Origin: Candidatus Limnocylindria bacterium
GTDB lineage: Bacteria > Chloroflexota > Limnocylindria > QHBO01
NCBI GenBank assembly: GCA_046715765.1
Contig: JBKJYH010000143.1
Location: forward strand, 4,584-68,583
Direction: 5' to 3'
Length of the DNA: 64,000 nt
The notes beneath the pieces were generated by a model. That model was not told where the DNA came from, did no database searches, and saw only the letters and a list, made by a program, of their open reading frames with translations. This document shows positions 22,587 through 33,402 of the stretch, piece after piece (the stretch's first letter is position 1; each line of letters begins with the position of its first letter). Both the position numbers and the translations under genes were made by a program.

Positions 22587-23189
22587 CTACGCGATCCAGC
22601 CGCAGTCCGAGCGAGCTGCTCGCCGCTCGGTGCCGGGCCGCAAGCCGGAGATCGGGTCATTGCCCGCTACCAGCGGTTGCTTCGCGAGGCGCTCCGCGCT
22701 GTCGAGCAGCGTTCCACGGCGGACGGAGGCATCGGTCACGGGTGCGCCCGCCTCGCCCAGATCGGGCGATGGGGCGAGCACCGCGGTTCCGGCTCCGGCC
22801 AGCCGCGCGGTCACCACGCTGCCGTCGGGGTAGGGGAGCCACAGCCCCCGCAGCCGCGCGATGAAGTGCTCGGCCATACCAGGGACCAGCATCTCGACCG
22901 CGCCCTGCCGGCTGCGTCGGTAGCCGCGTGGGCGCTCGTCGGCTCGAACGCGGTCGACAAAGGCCCGATCGAGGAGTTCGCGGACCGCAATCGCGATCTC
23001 CTCGGGCGCCTCGACCTCCGAGCGACCGCCCTCGAAGGCGGCTCGCCCCGCAACGGATGGCTCACTACCCGGCGTCCCACGCAGCAGTTCGTACACGATG
23101 CTGTCGCCGGTGCGCGGGTCGCCGGACCTGTCGATCACGGGCCGCAGGATAGCCCATGCCGGGGTCCCGGCAGTCCGCTCCCACGACAC
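22587..23189 (-). CDS. hypothetical protein
   Basis: 200 aa. GC3 about 85% in this frame (counted by hand over most of the ORF). I recognise no family. Confidence 0.45.
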   Translation of the reverse strand: MSWERTAGTPAWAILRPVIDRSGDPRTGDSIVYELLRGTPGSEPSVAGRAAFEGGRSEVEAPEEIAIAVRELLDRAFVDRVRADERPRGYRRSRQGAVEMLVPGMAEHFIARLRGLWLPYPDGSVVTARLAGAGTAVLAPSPDLGEAGAPVTDASVRRGTLLDSAERLAKQPLVAGNDPISGLRPGTERRAARSDCGWIA

Positions 23190-23246
23190 GCGGGCAGCTT
23201 CGGCTGGCTAGAATCGGGCCACCCAGCCAGCGAGCGGAGGTACCCG

Positions 23247-23603
23247 GTGAGCGCCAGCGACGAGCGCGACTATCGCAAGATGGTCGAGGAACAGGCCGAT
23301 CCCCAGCTTGACCGATGGGCGGGCGACCTCTTCATCGACTTCGCCAAGCGCCGCGGGGTTGGCACCGCGATCGCCGCCTTCTGCCGGATCGCCGGGCTCG
23401 ATGAGCGAGGCTTCCAGCGCGTCTTCCTGGTTGGCGGCGGCCCGGACCACGTCGTTGGGATCGACACCGCCGGTAGCCTGGCAGCCCCAATCTTCGAACT
23501 GCCGCGAGCGGTGACCGGCCTGCGCCGAGTGGATCCGGGAGCTCGTGCCAAGCTGGTCGAGTTCCTGGTCGCCCAGCGCGAGGTGATGAACTACACGCCC
23601 TGA
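23247..23603 (+). CDS. hypothetical protein
   Basis: 118 aa from the GTG at 23247. GGAGG at 23236-23240 gives a good Shine-Dalgarno sequence. It is divergent from the 22587-23189 gene. Confidence 0.5.
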   Translation: MSASDERDYRKMVEEQADPQLDRWAGDLFIDFAKRRGVGTAIAAFCRIAGLDERGFQRVFLVGGGPDHVVGIDTAGSLAAPIFELPRAVTGLRRVDPGARAKLVEFLVAQREVMNYTP

Positions 23604-23611
23604 CCCCGCGG

Positions 23612-24577
23612 TCAGGCCTCGCGCGTGACCCGCAGGATGGCGATCGCGTTCTCGAGTCGCAGCTTCGTGACGGTCAGGGTCCTCGCAAGGTTGTCCCGGT
23701 TCGTCTCCGGGATCTCGTCGATCAGGTCGCGCTGACTGATCAGCTCGACCAGTTCGTCCACCGCCTCGCTCAGCCGGGCCCGGGTGTTCACCAGCCGATC
23801 GTCGGCGACCTTGGCCGCCGCCACGATCCCGGCGCGGGTCCGGGCGCGACGCGGCGTCTTGGCGCCCCGGGCTTTCGGGGTGGCCGAGCCGGTGATCACG
23901 CGCAACTTGGCGAGGGTTAACTCCCCATCGGCTACCTTGCGTGCGAGGCGGCGGCGGGTCTTCTCATCGGTGATCCGCATCAGTTCGTACGCATGGCTCA
24001 GGGTGTCCTTGCGCACGGACACCAGGTCGCGGATCTCGGGCGGCGCATCGGCCAGGCGCAGCCGGTTCTCCACGTAGCCCTTGTCCTTGCCGATCTTGGT
24101 TGCGAGTTGGCGGACTGAGAACCCGAGTTCCGTCATCTTGCGGAACATGGCGGCCTCTTCGAGCGGGGTCACGTCCTCGCGCTGGAGATTCTCGATGATC
24201 GAAACCTCGAGCGCCGTCTCCTCGTCGAACTCGACGACGATGGCGGGGATCGACTCGCGCTCCGCCAGCCGTGATGCCCGCCAGCGACGCTCGCCTGCAA
24301 TCAACTCGTAGCTGTTGCCCACGGGGCGGACCAGGACAGGCTGGAGGACCCCGTGCTGCCGGATCGAATCGGCCAGTTCGGCGAGCGACTCCTCCTCGTA
24401 CGAGAGGCGAGGCTGGGCAGGGTTGGGCAGGATCCGATCGACCGGAACTTCTTTGATCTGGGCGTGGGTCGCACGCGACTCGATCAGCGACACCACGCCC
24501 GGTGCGAGGTCGACGTTCTTCGCCTCGTCAAAGAGTCGGTGGATGTTCTCCCGAAATGCGGGACGCTTGCTAGCCAA
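23612..24577 (-). CDS. parB: chromosome partitioning protein ParB/Spo0J
   Basis: 321 aa. ParB box GERRWRA, HTH, and a C-terminal dimerisation region. Confidence 0.9.
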   Translation of the reverse strand: MASKRPAFRENIHRLFDEAKNVDLAPGVVSLIESRATHAQIKEVPVDRILPNPAQPRLSYEEESLAELADSIRQHGVLQPVLVRPVGNSYELIAGERRWRASRLAERESIPAIVVEFDEETALEVSIIENLQREDVTPLEEAAMFRKMTELGFSVRQLATKIGKDKGYVENRLRLADAPPEIRDLVSVRKDTLSHAYELMRITDEKTRRRLARKVADGELTLAKLRVITGSATPKARGAKTPRRARTRAGIVAAAKVADDRLVNTRARLSEAVDELVELISQRDLIDEIPETNRDNLARTLTVTKLRLENAIAILRVTREA

Positions 24578-25337
24578 GGTCGATCACCTCTCTGGCCAAG
24601 TCGCGGAACGCGCGCGCCGCCGCGGAATTGGTCGCGTAATCGGTGATGGGTTTGCCGGTGAGTGGCGCCTCACCGAACTTCACCGTGTTCTTGATCATGG
24701 TCGAGAAAACCCGATGGTCACCCAGCTCCCGAAGGTTCTGCAACATCTCGCGCGCCAGCACGGTTCGCCCGTCATAGAAGGTCGCCAGCAGGCCGAGGAT
24801 CTCGAGGTCGTGGTTGAGCTTGAGCCGAATCGTGTTTATCACCTTGATCAACGCGGTCAGGCCCTTGATGGCGTAGTACTGGGTCTGGACCGGGATGATC
24901 ACCCGCGAGGAGGCCACCAGGCCGTTGATCGTGAGCAGCCCGAGGGTCGGGGGGCAGTCGATGATTATCACGTCGAACTGGCGATCCGCCCAGCCAGAGA
25001 GCGCGTCACGCAACACCATCTCGCGACCGATGGCGCTGAACAGCTCCACCTCGGTCGAGGCCAGCTCCAGGGTCGCCGGTGCCACTGACAGGCCGGCGGT
25101 CTGCGTCGGCCGGACGATCTCCTCCACTGGAAGCCGATCGTCGCCGATCACGTCCGCCATCGATTGATTCACGTCCGACAGCGAAACGCCGAGGCCGACG
25201 GTGAGGTTGGCCTGTGGATCGATGTCCACGCACAGCACGCGGTAGCCGAGTTCGGCCAATGCGCCGCCGAGGTTGATGGCCGTGGTCGTCTTCCCGACGC
25301 CGCCCTTCTGATTTGCGATGGCAATGACCTTGCTCAC
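24570..25337 (-). CDS. parA: chromosome partitioning ATPase ParA/Soj
   Basis: Deviant Walker A KGGVGKTT. The GTG at 25337 gives MSKVIAIANQKGG. The ORF-track start at 25451 is an upstream extension. Confidence 0.9.
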   Translation of the reverse strand: MSKVIAIANQKGGVGKTTTAINLGGALAELGYRVLCVDIDPQANLTVGLGVSLSDVNQSMADVIGDDRLPVEEIVRPTQTAGLSVAPATLELASTEVELFSAIGREMVLRDALSGWADRQFDVIIIDCPPTLGLLTINGLVASSRVIIPVQTQYYAIKGLTALIKVINTIRLKLNHDLEILGLLATFYDGRTVLAREMLQNLRELGDHRVFSTMIKNTVKFGEAPLTGKPITDYATNSAAARAFRDLAREVIDLG

Positions 25338-25429
25338 GGACGAACCCTTTGCGCTGGGCGGGATTGGGGGAGTGCGCGGATGCGCTCCAGCTGATGATAC
25401 CGGCGCGCGAGGTCGGCCGATGCCCAGAG

Positions 25430-25438
25430 TTATCCACA
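25430..25438 (+). promoter_or_regulatory. perfect DnaA box TTATCCACA in the parA / tRNA-Met divergent spacer
   Basis: Exact 9/9 match to the consensus DnaA box. It is a single copy. Confidence 0.4.
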
Positions 25439-25505
25439 AGGTCGTCGGCACGACGCGTCTGTGTGCAAAGACGAGGCCCTATACTCGGACTTGTCCACCA
25501 TCATC

Positions 25506-25581
25506 TGGGCCCATAGCTCAGTGGTAAGAGCATCCGGCTCATAACCGGCGGGACGCAGGTTCGATCCCTGCTGGGCCCACC
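25506..25581 (+). tRNA. tRNA-Met (anticodon CAT), elongator type; could be tRNA-Ile2 if lysidine-modified
   Basis: Acceptor gggccca/tgggccc with 1-72 paired. Anticodon loop cTCATAa, T loop ttcgatc, encoded CCA. There is one mismatch at 27-43. Confidence 0.85.
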
Positions 25582-25600
25582 AGCACGAAGGACCGCACCG

Positions 25601-27151
25601 ATGTCGACTGCCGACCGACTCGCTCGACTCCGACGCATGCGCGAGGACGCGCGCCAGGGCGGCGGCGAGCAGCGTGTCGCACAGCAGCGCGCGCGAGGCA
25701 AGCTCACCGCGCGGGACCGGCTCGAACTGCTCCTCGACGACGAGAGCTTCGTCGAGTTCGATGCGTTCGTTACCCACCGAGGTACCGACTTCGGCATCGA
25801 CCAGGAGCTGTACCTCGGCGACGGTGTGGTTACCGGACATGGCACGATCGACGGCCGCCGCGTGTTCGTGTACGCGCAGGACTTCACGGTCTTCGGCGGG
25901 TCACTCTCGGAGGCACATGCCGAGAAGATCTGCAAGGTCATGGACCTAGCCGCACAGACCGGCGCGCCGATCATCGGTCTGTCCGACTCGGGGGGAGCGC
26001 GGATCCAGGAGGGAGTCGTCTCCCTCGGCGGATACGCCGAAATCTTTCTGCGCAACACCATGATGTCCGGTGTCGTCCCGCAGATCTCGGTCGTCCTGGG
26101 GCCCTGCGCGGGGGGTGCGGTCTACTCCCCGGCGATCACCGACTTCACGATCATGGCCGACGGCACCAGTTTCATGTTCGTGACCGGACCGAACGTGGTG
26201 AAGGCGGTAACCCACCAGGAGATCGACCTCGAGGGACTGGGCGGTGCGCGGGTCCACAACGAACTGAGCGGCGTCGCGCACTTCCTGGCCGGCGGTGAGG
26301 CGGCGGCGCTCTCGATTGCACGCCGAGTCCTGGGGTATCTGCCCCAGAACAATGTTGACGCGCCGCTCATCGGCGCCGAGTGGCACGCACCGTCGGTGAC
26401 CGGCGCCGAGTTGGACGAGGTGATCCCCGATTCGGCTCGGCAGTCCTACGACATGCATCGGGTGATCGGTGGCATCGTCGACGCCGAGTCATTCACCGAG
26501 GTGCACGAACACTTCGCGCGAAACGTGATCTGCGGGTTCGCGCGAATCGAGGGCCGGCCGGTTGGGATCGTGGCCCAGCAGCCTGAAGTGCTGGCGGGGG
26601 TGCTGGACATCGACGCGTCCGACAAGGCCGCGCGCTTCGTCCGCACCTGCGACTGCTTCAACGTGCCGTTGGTTACCCTGGTCGATGTCCCCGGATTCCT
26701 GCCTGGTGTCGAACAGGAACACCACGGCATCATCCGGCACGGCGCGAAGTTGCTGTACGCGTATGCGGAGGCAACCGTTCCCAAGGTGACGGTCATCACC
26801 CGCAAGGCGTATGGCGGCGCCTACGACGTCATGAGCAGTCGGCACATCCGAGGCGATCTGAACTTCGCGTGGCCCACTGCGGAGATCGCGGTGATGGGCG
26901 CAGAGGGCGCCGTCAACATCATCTTCCGGGAGGCGATCGAGTCGGCCGCCGACCCGGAGGCGGAACGTGGTCGCCTGGTGGCGGACTACGAGGAACGCTT
27001 CAACAACCCATACGTGGCCGCCGCGCGCGGCTACATCGACGAGGTGATCCTTCCGTCGGAGACGCGCGGTCGCGTCGCCGGCGCGTTGTCGCTGCTTGAC
27101 GGGAAGCGCCAGCCGGGCCCTGCCCGCAAGCACGGCAACATCCCGCTCTGA
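25601..27151 (+). CDS. pccB: propionyl-CoA carboxylase beta chain / acyl-CoA carboxyltransferase
   Basis: 516 aa carboxyltransferase of the PccB/AccD5 family (GGARIQEG; [18 protein letters not shown]). Confidence 0.9.
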   Translation: MSTADRLARLRRMREDARQGGGEQRVAQQRARGKLTARDRLELLLDDESFVEFDAFVTHRGTDFGIDQELYLGDGVVTGHGTIDGRRVFVYAQDFTVFGGSLSEAHAEKICKVMDLAAQTGAPIIGLSDSGGARIQEGVVSLGGYAEIFLRNTMMSGVVPQISVVLGPCAGGAVYSPAITDFTIMADGTSFMFVTGPNVVKAVTHQEIDLEGLGGARVHNELSGVAHFLAGGEAAALSIARRVLGYLPQNNVDAPLIGAEWHAPSVTGAELDEVIPDSARQSYDMHRVIGGIVDAESFTEVHEHFARNVICGFARIEGRPVGIVAQQPEVLAGVLDIDASDKAARFVRTCDCFNVPLVTLVDVPGFLPGVEQEHHGIIRHGAKLLYAYAEATVPKVTVITRKAYGGAYDVMSSRHIRGDLNFAWPTAEIAVMGAEGAVNIIFREAIESAADPEAERGRLVADYEERFNNPYVAAARGYIDEVILPSETRGRVAGALSLLDGKRQPGPARKHGNIPL

Positions 27152-27180
27152 CTGTCCGTGCACAAAGACAGCGACCCGCG

Positions 27181-28695
27181 TTGAGCCCACCCTTCCGCCG
27201 CCTGCTGATTGCGAACCGGGGCGAGATCGCCATCCGGATCCTGCGCGCCTGTCGCGAACTCGGGATCGAAACCGTCGCGGTCTACTCCGACGCGGATGCC
27301 GAGGCGCCGCACGTTCGGGCGTCGGACCATTCCCAGCGGATCGGTCCCGCATCGCCGGCGCACTCGTATCTCGACATCGGAGCAGTGCTCGACGCGGCGC
27401 GTCGTTCCGGCGCCGACGCGATTCATCCGGGCTACGGATTCCTGGCCGAGAACGCGCAGTTCGCCGCCGCGGTGGAGGACGCCGGCCTGGCTTTCGTGGG
27501 ACCCCCGTCGGCGACCCTGGCTCAGCTCGGCGACAAACTCGCCGCGCGACGAGCGGCAGCCGACGCCGGAGTGCCGGTCGTCCCCGGCACGCGGTTGCCG
27601 CTGACCGATGATCCCGGCGCTGCCGCCGCACAGATCGCCGCCGAGGTTGGATTCCCGGCGCTGCTCAAGGCAGCCGCGGGCGGCGGAGGGCGGGGCATGC
27701 GTCGCGTCGACCGGGTCGAGGAGGTGGCGCTCGCCCTGGCCAATGCGAGTAGTGAGGCGGCCGGGGCGTTCGGCGACGGCACGATCTACGCCGAGCGCCT
27801 GGTGTCGCCGGCGCGCCACGTCGAGGTCCAACTCCTCGGCGATCGGCACGGCGGGCTCGCCGTCCTCGGCGAACGGGACTGTTCCGTCCAGCGGCGTCAC
27901 CAGAAGCTGCTCGAGGAATCTCCCTCTCCTGCGGTCGACGAGACCGTGCGGGCCGCCCTCTTCGACGCGGCGCGCCGGGTCGTTGGCGCCGTCGATTTCC
28001 ACAGTGCGGCGACCGCGGAGTTCCTCCTCGACGGAGATGGGCATCACTACTTCCTCGAGATGAACACCCGGCTCCAGGTCGAACACGGAGTCACCGAACT
28101 GGTCACCGGCCTGGACCTGGTGGCGTGGCAGATCCGGATCGCGGCGGGAGAGCGACTCGGGCCGGAGGTGGTTGCCTGCGAGTCGCGCGGCCACGCGATC
28201 CAGGTGCGTCTCTACGCCGAGGATCCGTACCACGACTTTGCGCCAGCGCCGGGCAGGATCGGCGCCTGGGAGATGCCGGATGGACCCGGGGTCCGGGTTG
28301 ACCCGGGGGTTCGAGCGGGGATGAACCTGCCTGCTGAATACGACCCGCTGTTGGCGAAGTTGCTGGTCGTGGCGACCGACCGGCCGACAGCCATCGCCCG
28401 CCTCCGGCGCGCGCTGGATGAAACCCTGATCGGCGGCGTCCAGACCGGCCTGCCGTTCTTCCGCTGGCTGGTGGACCAACCCGGATTCGCGGCGGGCCGC
28501 TACGACACCGGGCTGATCGGCGAGCTGTGGAGCGGCGGCCCGCCCGTCGGTACCGACGAGCTTGGCCTGGCCGCCAGTGCGGCTCTCGCGGCGCGCGTGG
28601 GGACGCCCACTCGGGTGGCCGGCCCGTCCAGCGCCGTCGACCGCGGATGGGCGAGCCAGGCGCGACGCGACGCGGTGGAGCGCTGGGGCCGATGA
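27181..28695 (+). CDS. accC: biotin carboxylase subunit of acyl-CoA carboxylase (stand-alone BC)
   Basis: RLLIANRGEIAIRI at the N-terminus, ATP-grasp fold, and a biotin carboxylase C-terminal domain. There is no fused BCCP. Confidence 0.9.
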   Translation: MSPPFRRLLIANRGEIAIRILRACRELGIETVAVYSDADAEAPHVRASDHSQRIGPASPAHSYLDIGAVLDAARRSGADAIHPGYGFLAENAQFAAAVEDAGLAFVGPPSATLAQLGDKLAARRAAADAGVPVVPGTRLPLTDDPGAAAAQIAAEVGFPALLKAAAGGGGRGMRRVDRVEEVALALANASSEAAGAFGDGTIYAERLVSPARHVEVQLLGDRHGGLAVLGERDCSVQRRHQKLLEESPSPAVDETVRAALFDAARRVVGAVDFHSAATAEFLLDGDGHHYFLEMNTRLQVEHGVTELVTGLDLVAWQIRIAAGERLGPEVVACESRGHAIQVRLYAEDPYHDFAPAPGRIGAWEMPDGPGVRVDPGVRAGMNLPAEYDPLLAKLLVVATDRPTAIARLRRALDETLIGGVQTGLPFFRWLVDQPGFAAGRYDTGLIGELWSGGPPVGTDELGLAASAALAARVGTPTRVAGPSSAVDRGWASQARRDAVERWGR

Positions 28696-29156
28696 ACGCC
28701 CCCGAGGTCTCCATCGACGGGGCCGTGGTCGAGCCGGCCGAGGGCTGGACCTTCGACTGGATCGACCGTGGGGCAGGCATCGTCCGGATGAGCCGGGACG
28801 GGGCCTCGGTTCGGGCCCTGGCCGAGGGTTCCGGCGAGGACTGGATCATCACCCTGGGTGGACGCCGAATCAGCGTGCGGGTCCGTACCTGGCGCGAGCG
28901 AGCACTCGAAGAGATCGAGGCGGCTGGGGGCAAACACCAGGGCCCGCTCGATGTTCGGGCCACGCTGCCCGGGCTGGTGGTCCGGGTGGCAGCCGCGGTC
29001 GGTGCCGGGGTGGAGGCCGGTGAGCCTCTCGTCACCATCGAAGCCATGAAGATGCAGAACCTGGTCCGTGCCCCGCGTGCCGGTCGCGTCAGCGGAGTGG
29101 CGGTCAAGCCCGGACAGGTTGTTGCCGTCGGCGCCGTGCTGGTCACCCTGGAGTAG
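28692..29156 (+). CDS. biotin carboxyl carrier protein (stand-alone)
   Basis: ATG at 28692 overlaps the accC stop (ATGA). Biotinyl-lysine motif EAMKMQN. Confidence 0.85.
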   Translation: MNAPEVSIDGAVVEPAEGWTFDWIDRGAGIVRMSRDGASVRALAEGSGEDWIITLGGRRISVRVRTWRERALEEIEAAGGKHQGPLDVRATLPGLVVRVAAAVGAGVEAGEPLVTIEAMKMQNLVRAPRAGRVSGVAVKPGQVVAVGAVLVTLE

Positions 29157-29167
29157 GATCGGGCCCG

Positions 29168-30766
29168 ATGACCGACGCCCAGCCCGCTGCCCGCGCCGCG
29201 CGCCGGACCAGCTCAGGGATTGAAGTGCGGCGCGTCTACCGCACTCCGCAGCCGGGTGCCTTCGATCCGGCTGCCGAGCTGGGCGACCCGGGCACATTCC
29301 CCTTCACCCGGGGCGTGCACCCCGACGGGTACCGCGGCCGACCCTGGACCATGCGCCAGTACGCCGGCTTCGGCTCGGCAGAGGAGACCAACCGACGCTT
29401 CCGATACCTGTTGGAGAGCGGGCAGACCGGGCTGTCGGTCGCGTTCGACCTGCCGACCCAGATGGGCTACGACTCCGACGATCCCCTGGCAGCCGGGGAG
29501 GTGGGACGAGTCGGGGTCCCGATCGACAGCCGGGCCGATATGGAGTTCCTGTTCGACGGGATCGCCCTTGACCAGGTCAGCACCAGCATGACGATCAACG
29601 CCACCGCGGCGATCCTGCTGGTCCTGTACGAGTCCGTGGCGCGCCGGCAGGGGGCAGACCTTCGGGAGCTGCGCGGCACCATCCAAAACGACATCCTCAA
29701 GGAGTACATCGCCCGCGGGACCTACATCTACCCGCCGGGTCCGTCGATGCGCCTGATCACCGATACCTTCGCCTACTGCCGCGCCGAGCTGCCGGCCTGG
29801 AACACGATCAGCGTGAGCGGGTATCACATGCGGGAGGCCGGGGCCACCGCCGCGCAGGAGGTTGCCTTCACCCTCGCCAACGCGGTCGCCTACTCCGAGG
29901 CGGCGCTCAGCGCGGGGATGGCCTTCGATGAGTTCGCGCCACGCCTCTCCTTCTTCTTCGCCGCCCACAACGACCTGTTCGAGGAAGTCGCCAAGTTCCG
30001 GGCGGCGCGTCGCGCCTGGGCGCGGCTGGCTCGCGACCGGTTCGAGGCCCGCAATCCGCGGAGCATGGCGATGCGCTTCCACGTGCAGACCGGCGGGTCG
30101 ACCCTCACCGCGCAGCAGCCACACAACAACGTGGTCCGCACCACGGTCCAGGCGATGGCCGCGGTGCTGGGCGGCGCCCAGTCGCTGCACACCAACGCGT
30201 TCGATGAAGCGCTCGGCCTGCCCACTCCCGCGAGCGCCCGGCTCGCCCTGCGCACCCAGCAGGTCCTGGCATCCGAATCGGGGCTCCTCGCGCCGGTGGA
30301 TCCCCTGGGCGGGTCGTACTACGTGGAGGAGCTCACCGACCGGATCGAGGCCCTCGTCCAAACGGAGTTGGAGGAGATCGCGCGGCGCGGAGGCACGCTG
30401 GAGGCGATCGGCGCGGGATACCAGCAGGCCGCCATCGCCGAGGCCGCCTACGAAGTGCAGCGGGCGATCGAATCGGGTGAGCAGATCGTGGTCGGATTGA
30501 ACGCGTTCTCCGACGACGGGGACGCCCAGGCGCCCGCCGTCCAGGCGATCGACCCTGCGGCCGAGCGCCGCCAGGTGGCTCGCACCCAGGCGCTCCGCGC
30601 GACGCGCGACCAGGTCGCGGCCGACGCCGCCCGCATCGACCTGCTGGGCACCGCCCGCGGCACGGAGAATGTCCTGCCCCGCATCCGGGCAGGCATCGAG
30701 GCCGACCTGACCCTGGGTGAAATCAGCGCCACGCTGCGCGAGGCCTGGGGGGAATACCGCCCATGA
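29168..30766 (+). CDS. methylmalonyl-CoA mutase, catalytic (N-terminal) subunit without B12-binding domain
   Basis: 532 aa matching the MCM TIM-barrel substrate domain ([28 protein letters not shown]). The ORF stops where the B12-binding domain would begin in fused MutB. Confidence 0.9.
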   Translation: MTDAQPAARAARRTSSGIEVRRVYRTPQPGAFDPAAELGDPGTFPFTRGVHPDGYRGRPWTMRQYAGFGSAEETNRRFRYLLESGQTGLSVAFDLPTQMGYDSDDPLAAGEVGRVGVPIDSRADMEFLFDGIALDQVSTSMTINATAAILLVLYESVARRQGADLRELRGTIQNDILKEYIARGTYIYPPGPSMRLITDTFAYCRAELPAWNTISVSGYHMREAGATAAQEVAFTLANAVAYSEAALSAGMAFDEFAPRLSFFFAAHNDLFEEVAKFRAARRAWARLARDRFEARNPRSMAMRFHVQTGGSTLTAQQPHNNVVRTTVQAMAAVLGGAQSLHTNAFDEALGLPTPASARLALRTQQVLASESGLLAPVDPLGGSYYVEELTDRIEALVQTELEEIARRGGTLEAIGAGYQQAAIAEAAYEVQRAIESGEQIVVGLNAFSDDGDAQAPAVQAIDPAAERRQVARTQALRATRDQVAADAARIDLLGTARGTENVLPRIRAGIEADLTLGEISATLREAWGEYRP

Positions 30767-31218
30767 GCCTCGGGACGATTCACCACGTGGCGGTGGTGGT
30801 CCGCTCGATCGAGGAGTCGCTGCCGCGCTACCGTGCGCTGTTCGGCTGGGAGCCGGACGGCGCACCACTGGATTTTCCGAGCCAGCGCGTGCGGCTCTGC
30901 TTCCTGTCCACCGGACCGGCGCCCGCCCCCCGCATCGAGTTGGTGGAGCCGACCGATGCCGAGAGCGGGGTAGCGCGCCTGCTGGCGGATCGTGGGGAGG
31001 GGCTGCATCACGTCTGCCTGACCAGTGACGACCTGCCGGCCGACCTGGCCGGACTGGCGGCGGCCGAGGCCGAGCTGATCGATCGCGAGCCGCGCCCAGG
31101 AGCCCACGGAGCGGTCGCGTTTGTCCATCCGCGGACCCTCAACGGCGTGCTGTGGGAGCTGCTGCAGGAGGTGTCAGAGCGGCGACCGACCGAATGGGAG
31201 GCCCGGGACCGGGGCTAG
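30763..31218 (+). CDS. methylmalonyl-CoA epimerase (VOC/glyoxalase family)
   Basis: 151 aa of the VOC family. It overlaps the mutase gene stop. Confidence 0.8.
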   Translation: MSLGTIHHVAVVVRSIEESLPRYRALFGWEPDGAPLDFPSQRVRLCFLSTGPAPAPRIELVEPTDAESGVARLLADRGEGLHHVCLTSDDLPADLAGLAAAEAELIDREPRPGAHGAVAFVHPRTLNGVLWELLQEVSERRPTEWEARDRG

Positions 31219-32093
31219 GCGAGTCCGCCGGCGCGCAGCAGGCCAGGAATCTGCGACGGGGAATCCGCCAGCCTGATCCCCGCGGCCTCGAGCGCCGCGC
31301 GCTTCGACTCGGCAGTGCCCGCGCCGCCCGAGATGATCGCGCCGGCATGGCCCATTCGCCGGCCGGGAGGTGCGGTGCGGCCCGCGACGAAGGCGGCCAT
31401 CGGCTTGCGAACGTTGGCGGTACAGAATGCGGCGGCCCGCTCCTCCTCGTCGCCGCCGATCTCGCCGATCATCACGATCGCCTCGGTCGCCGGGTCGCGG
31501 TTGAGCAAGTCGATCACATCGGTGAAGCTGGTGCCCACGATCGGGTCTCCCCCGATCCCGACGCAGGTCGACTGGCCGAGGCCGGCATCGGTCAGCGCCT
31601 GGACCACCTCGTAGGTCAGCGTGCCGGAACGGCTGACCAGCCCCACCGGACCGGGGCGGTGGATGTGGCCCGGGATGATCCCGACCTTGGCCTGCCCGGG
31701 TGAGGTGGCGCCCGGACAGTTCGGCCCGATCAGTCGCGCGCCGGAGGCATCCAGCACCGGTCGGACCCGGAGCATGTCCAGGGCGGGGATCCCCTCGGTG
31801 ATGCACACGATCAGGGCGATTCCGGCGTCGGCGGCTTCCAGGATCGCGTCAGGCGCGCCGGCCGCCGGGACGAAGATGCAACTGGTGTTGGCGCCGGTCT
31901 GGCGCACAGCGTCGAAGACCGTGTCGAAAACCGGAACCTGGCCGTCGAGGGTGGTCTGGCCACCCTTGCCCGGGGTCACCCCGGCCACCAACCGAGTTCC
32001 GTACTCGAGCATGGCGCGCGAGTGGAAGTCCCCCTCACGACCGGTGATCCCCTGCACCACCAGGCGAGTGTCGGCGTTGACAAGGACGCTCAT
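31215..32093 (-). CDS. sucD: succinate--CoA ligase alpha subunit
   Basis: 292 aa from [18 protein letters not shown], with the CoA-binding and phospho-His region. The start overlaps the sucC stop. Confidence 0.9.
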   Translation of the reverse strand: MSVLVNADTRLVVQGITGREGDFHSRAMLEYGTRLVAGVTPGKGGQTTLDGQVPVFDTVFDAVRQTGANTSCIFVPAAGAPDAILEAADAGIALIVCITEGIPALDMLRVRPVLDASGARLIGPNCPGATSPGQAKVGIIPGHIHRPGPVGLVSRSGTLTYEVVQALTDAGLGQSTCVGIGGDPIVGTSFTDVIDLLNRDPATEAIVMIGEIGGDEEERAAAFCTANVRKPMAAFVAGRTAPPGRRMGHAGAIISGGAGTAESKRAALEAAGIRLADSPSQIPGLLRAGGLA

Positions 32094-33229
32094 CCCGGTT
32101 CCCTCGCGGCGGCCACCGCCAGCGCGGCGGCTTCGTCCAGGCTGGCGGCGGTGATCAGGTTCGCCTCCCGCAGGATGGCGGCCGCCTCCTCCGCGTTGGT
32201 GCCCTCGATCCGAACCACCATCGGTACCTGACGTCCGAGCCGCTCCCGGGCGTCCACGATCCCCAGTGCGACCTCGTCGCCGCGGGTGATCCCGCCGAAG
32301 ATGTTCACCAGGATGGCTCGCACCTTCGGATCGGCCAGGATGATCTGGAAGGCCGCCGCCACCCGGTCGGCCTTGGCCCCGCCCCCGATGTCCAGGAAGT
32401 TGGCCGGCTCCCCACCGGCCAGCTTGACCAGGTCCATCGTCGCCATCGCCAGCCCGGCGCCGTTGACCATGCACCCGATGCTGCCGTCGAGCTTGATGAA
32501 GTTGATCCCCGCCTCGCGGGCGGCGATCTCCGCCGGATCTTCCTCGTTGAGATCGCGCATGGCCTCGATCTCGGGGTGCCGGGCCAGGGCGGAATCGTCC
32601 ACCACGATCTTGGCGTCGAGCGCCAGCAGGCTCCCCGCCGCGTCGACCACCAGCGGGTTGATCTCGGCGAGGTCGGCATCGACCGCCACGAACGCGCGGT
32701 ACAGGCCCTCGAGGACCGCGGCGAAGTCATGGCGCAGACCTTCGGGGATGCCAAGGAAGAAGCTCACCCGGCGGACGTTGAAGCGCTGCAGCCCGAGGAG
32801 GGGATGGAGGGGAAGGCGCAGCACCGCGTCCGGCCGGAGGCGCGCCGTCTCCTCGATCTCGATCCCACCCTCCGCACTGGCGATGATCGTGATCGCCCTG
32901 GCTGCACGGTCGAGGATCAACCCCAGGTAGGCCTCACTCGCGATCTCGACCGCCGGCTCGATGAGCAGCGTTTTGACCGGCACGCCCTTGATCGTCAGGG
33001 CCAGGATGTCGGCCGCGCGCTGGGCCGCCTCATCGGGGGTCGCCGCCAGCTTGATCCCGCCTGCCTTGCCCCGTCCACCGACCAGGACCTGGGCCTTGAC
33101 CACCACCGGCCCGCCGATCTGCGCGGCCGCGGCTCGTGCCGCGTCGGGGTCGGTCGCCACCAAGCCGGCCTGCACCGGGACGCCGTGGCGGGCCAGGATC
33201 TCCTTGCTTCGATACTCCTGGAGCTTCAA
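32090..33229 (-). CDS. sucC: succinate--CoA ligase beta subunit
   Basis: The TTG at 33229 gives [12 protein letters not shown] (compare MNLHEYQAK), preceded by GGTGGAGG. ATP-grasp fold. The ORF-track start at 33394 is an upstream extension. Confidence 0.9.
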   Translation of the reverse strand: MKLQEYRSKEILARHGVPVQAGLVATDPDAARAAAAQIGGPVVVKAQVLVGGRGKAGGIKLAATPDEAAQRAADILALTIKGVPVKTLLIEPAVEIASEAYLGLILDRAARAITIIASAEGGIEIEETARLRPDAVLRLPLHPLLGLQRFNVRRVSFFLGIPEGLRHDFAAVLEGLYRAFVAVDADLAEINPLVVDAAGSLLALDAKIVVDDSALARHPEIEAMRDLNEEDPAEIAAREAGINFIKLDGSIGCMVNGAGLAMATMDLVKLAGGEPANFLDIGGGAKADRVAAAFQIILADPKVRAILVNIFGGITRGDEVALGIVDARERLGRQVPMVVRIEGTNAEEAAAILREANLITAASLDEAAALAVAAAREPG

Positions 33230-33402
33230 CGAGCCTCCACCCTGAGTGTGGTCCGTGCTGCGGCGCGGCGGACGCCCCGGCGGGGGAGCCGGGCGATTGT
33301 AGCCCGATGTCCCTCGGCCGCGACCGGCGCGGGTCGAACCTGAGTAGACTGGCGATCGAGCGTCGGCGCTGTGACCGGCGCCCGAACGGAGCACCGACGG
33401 CC

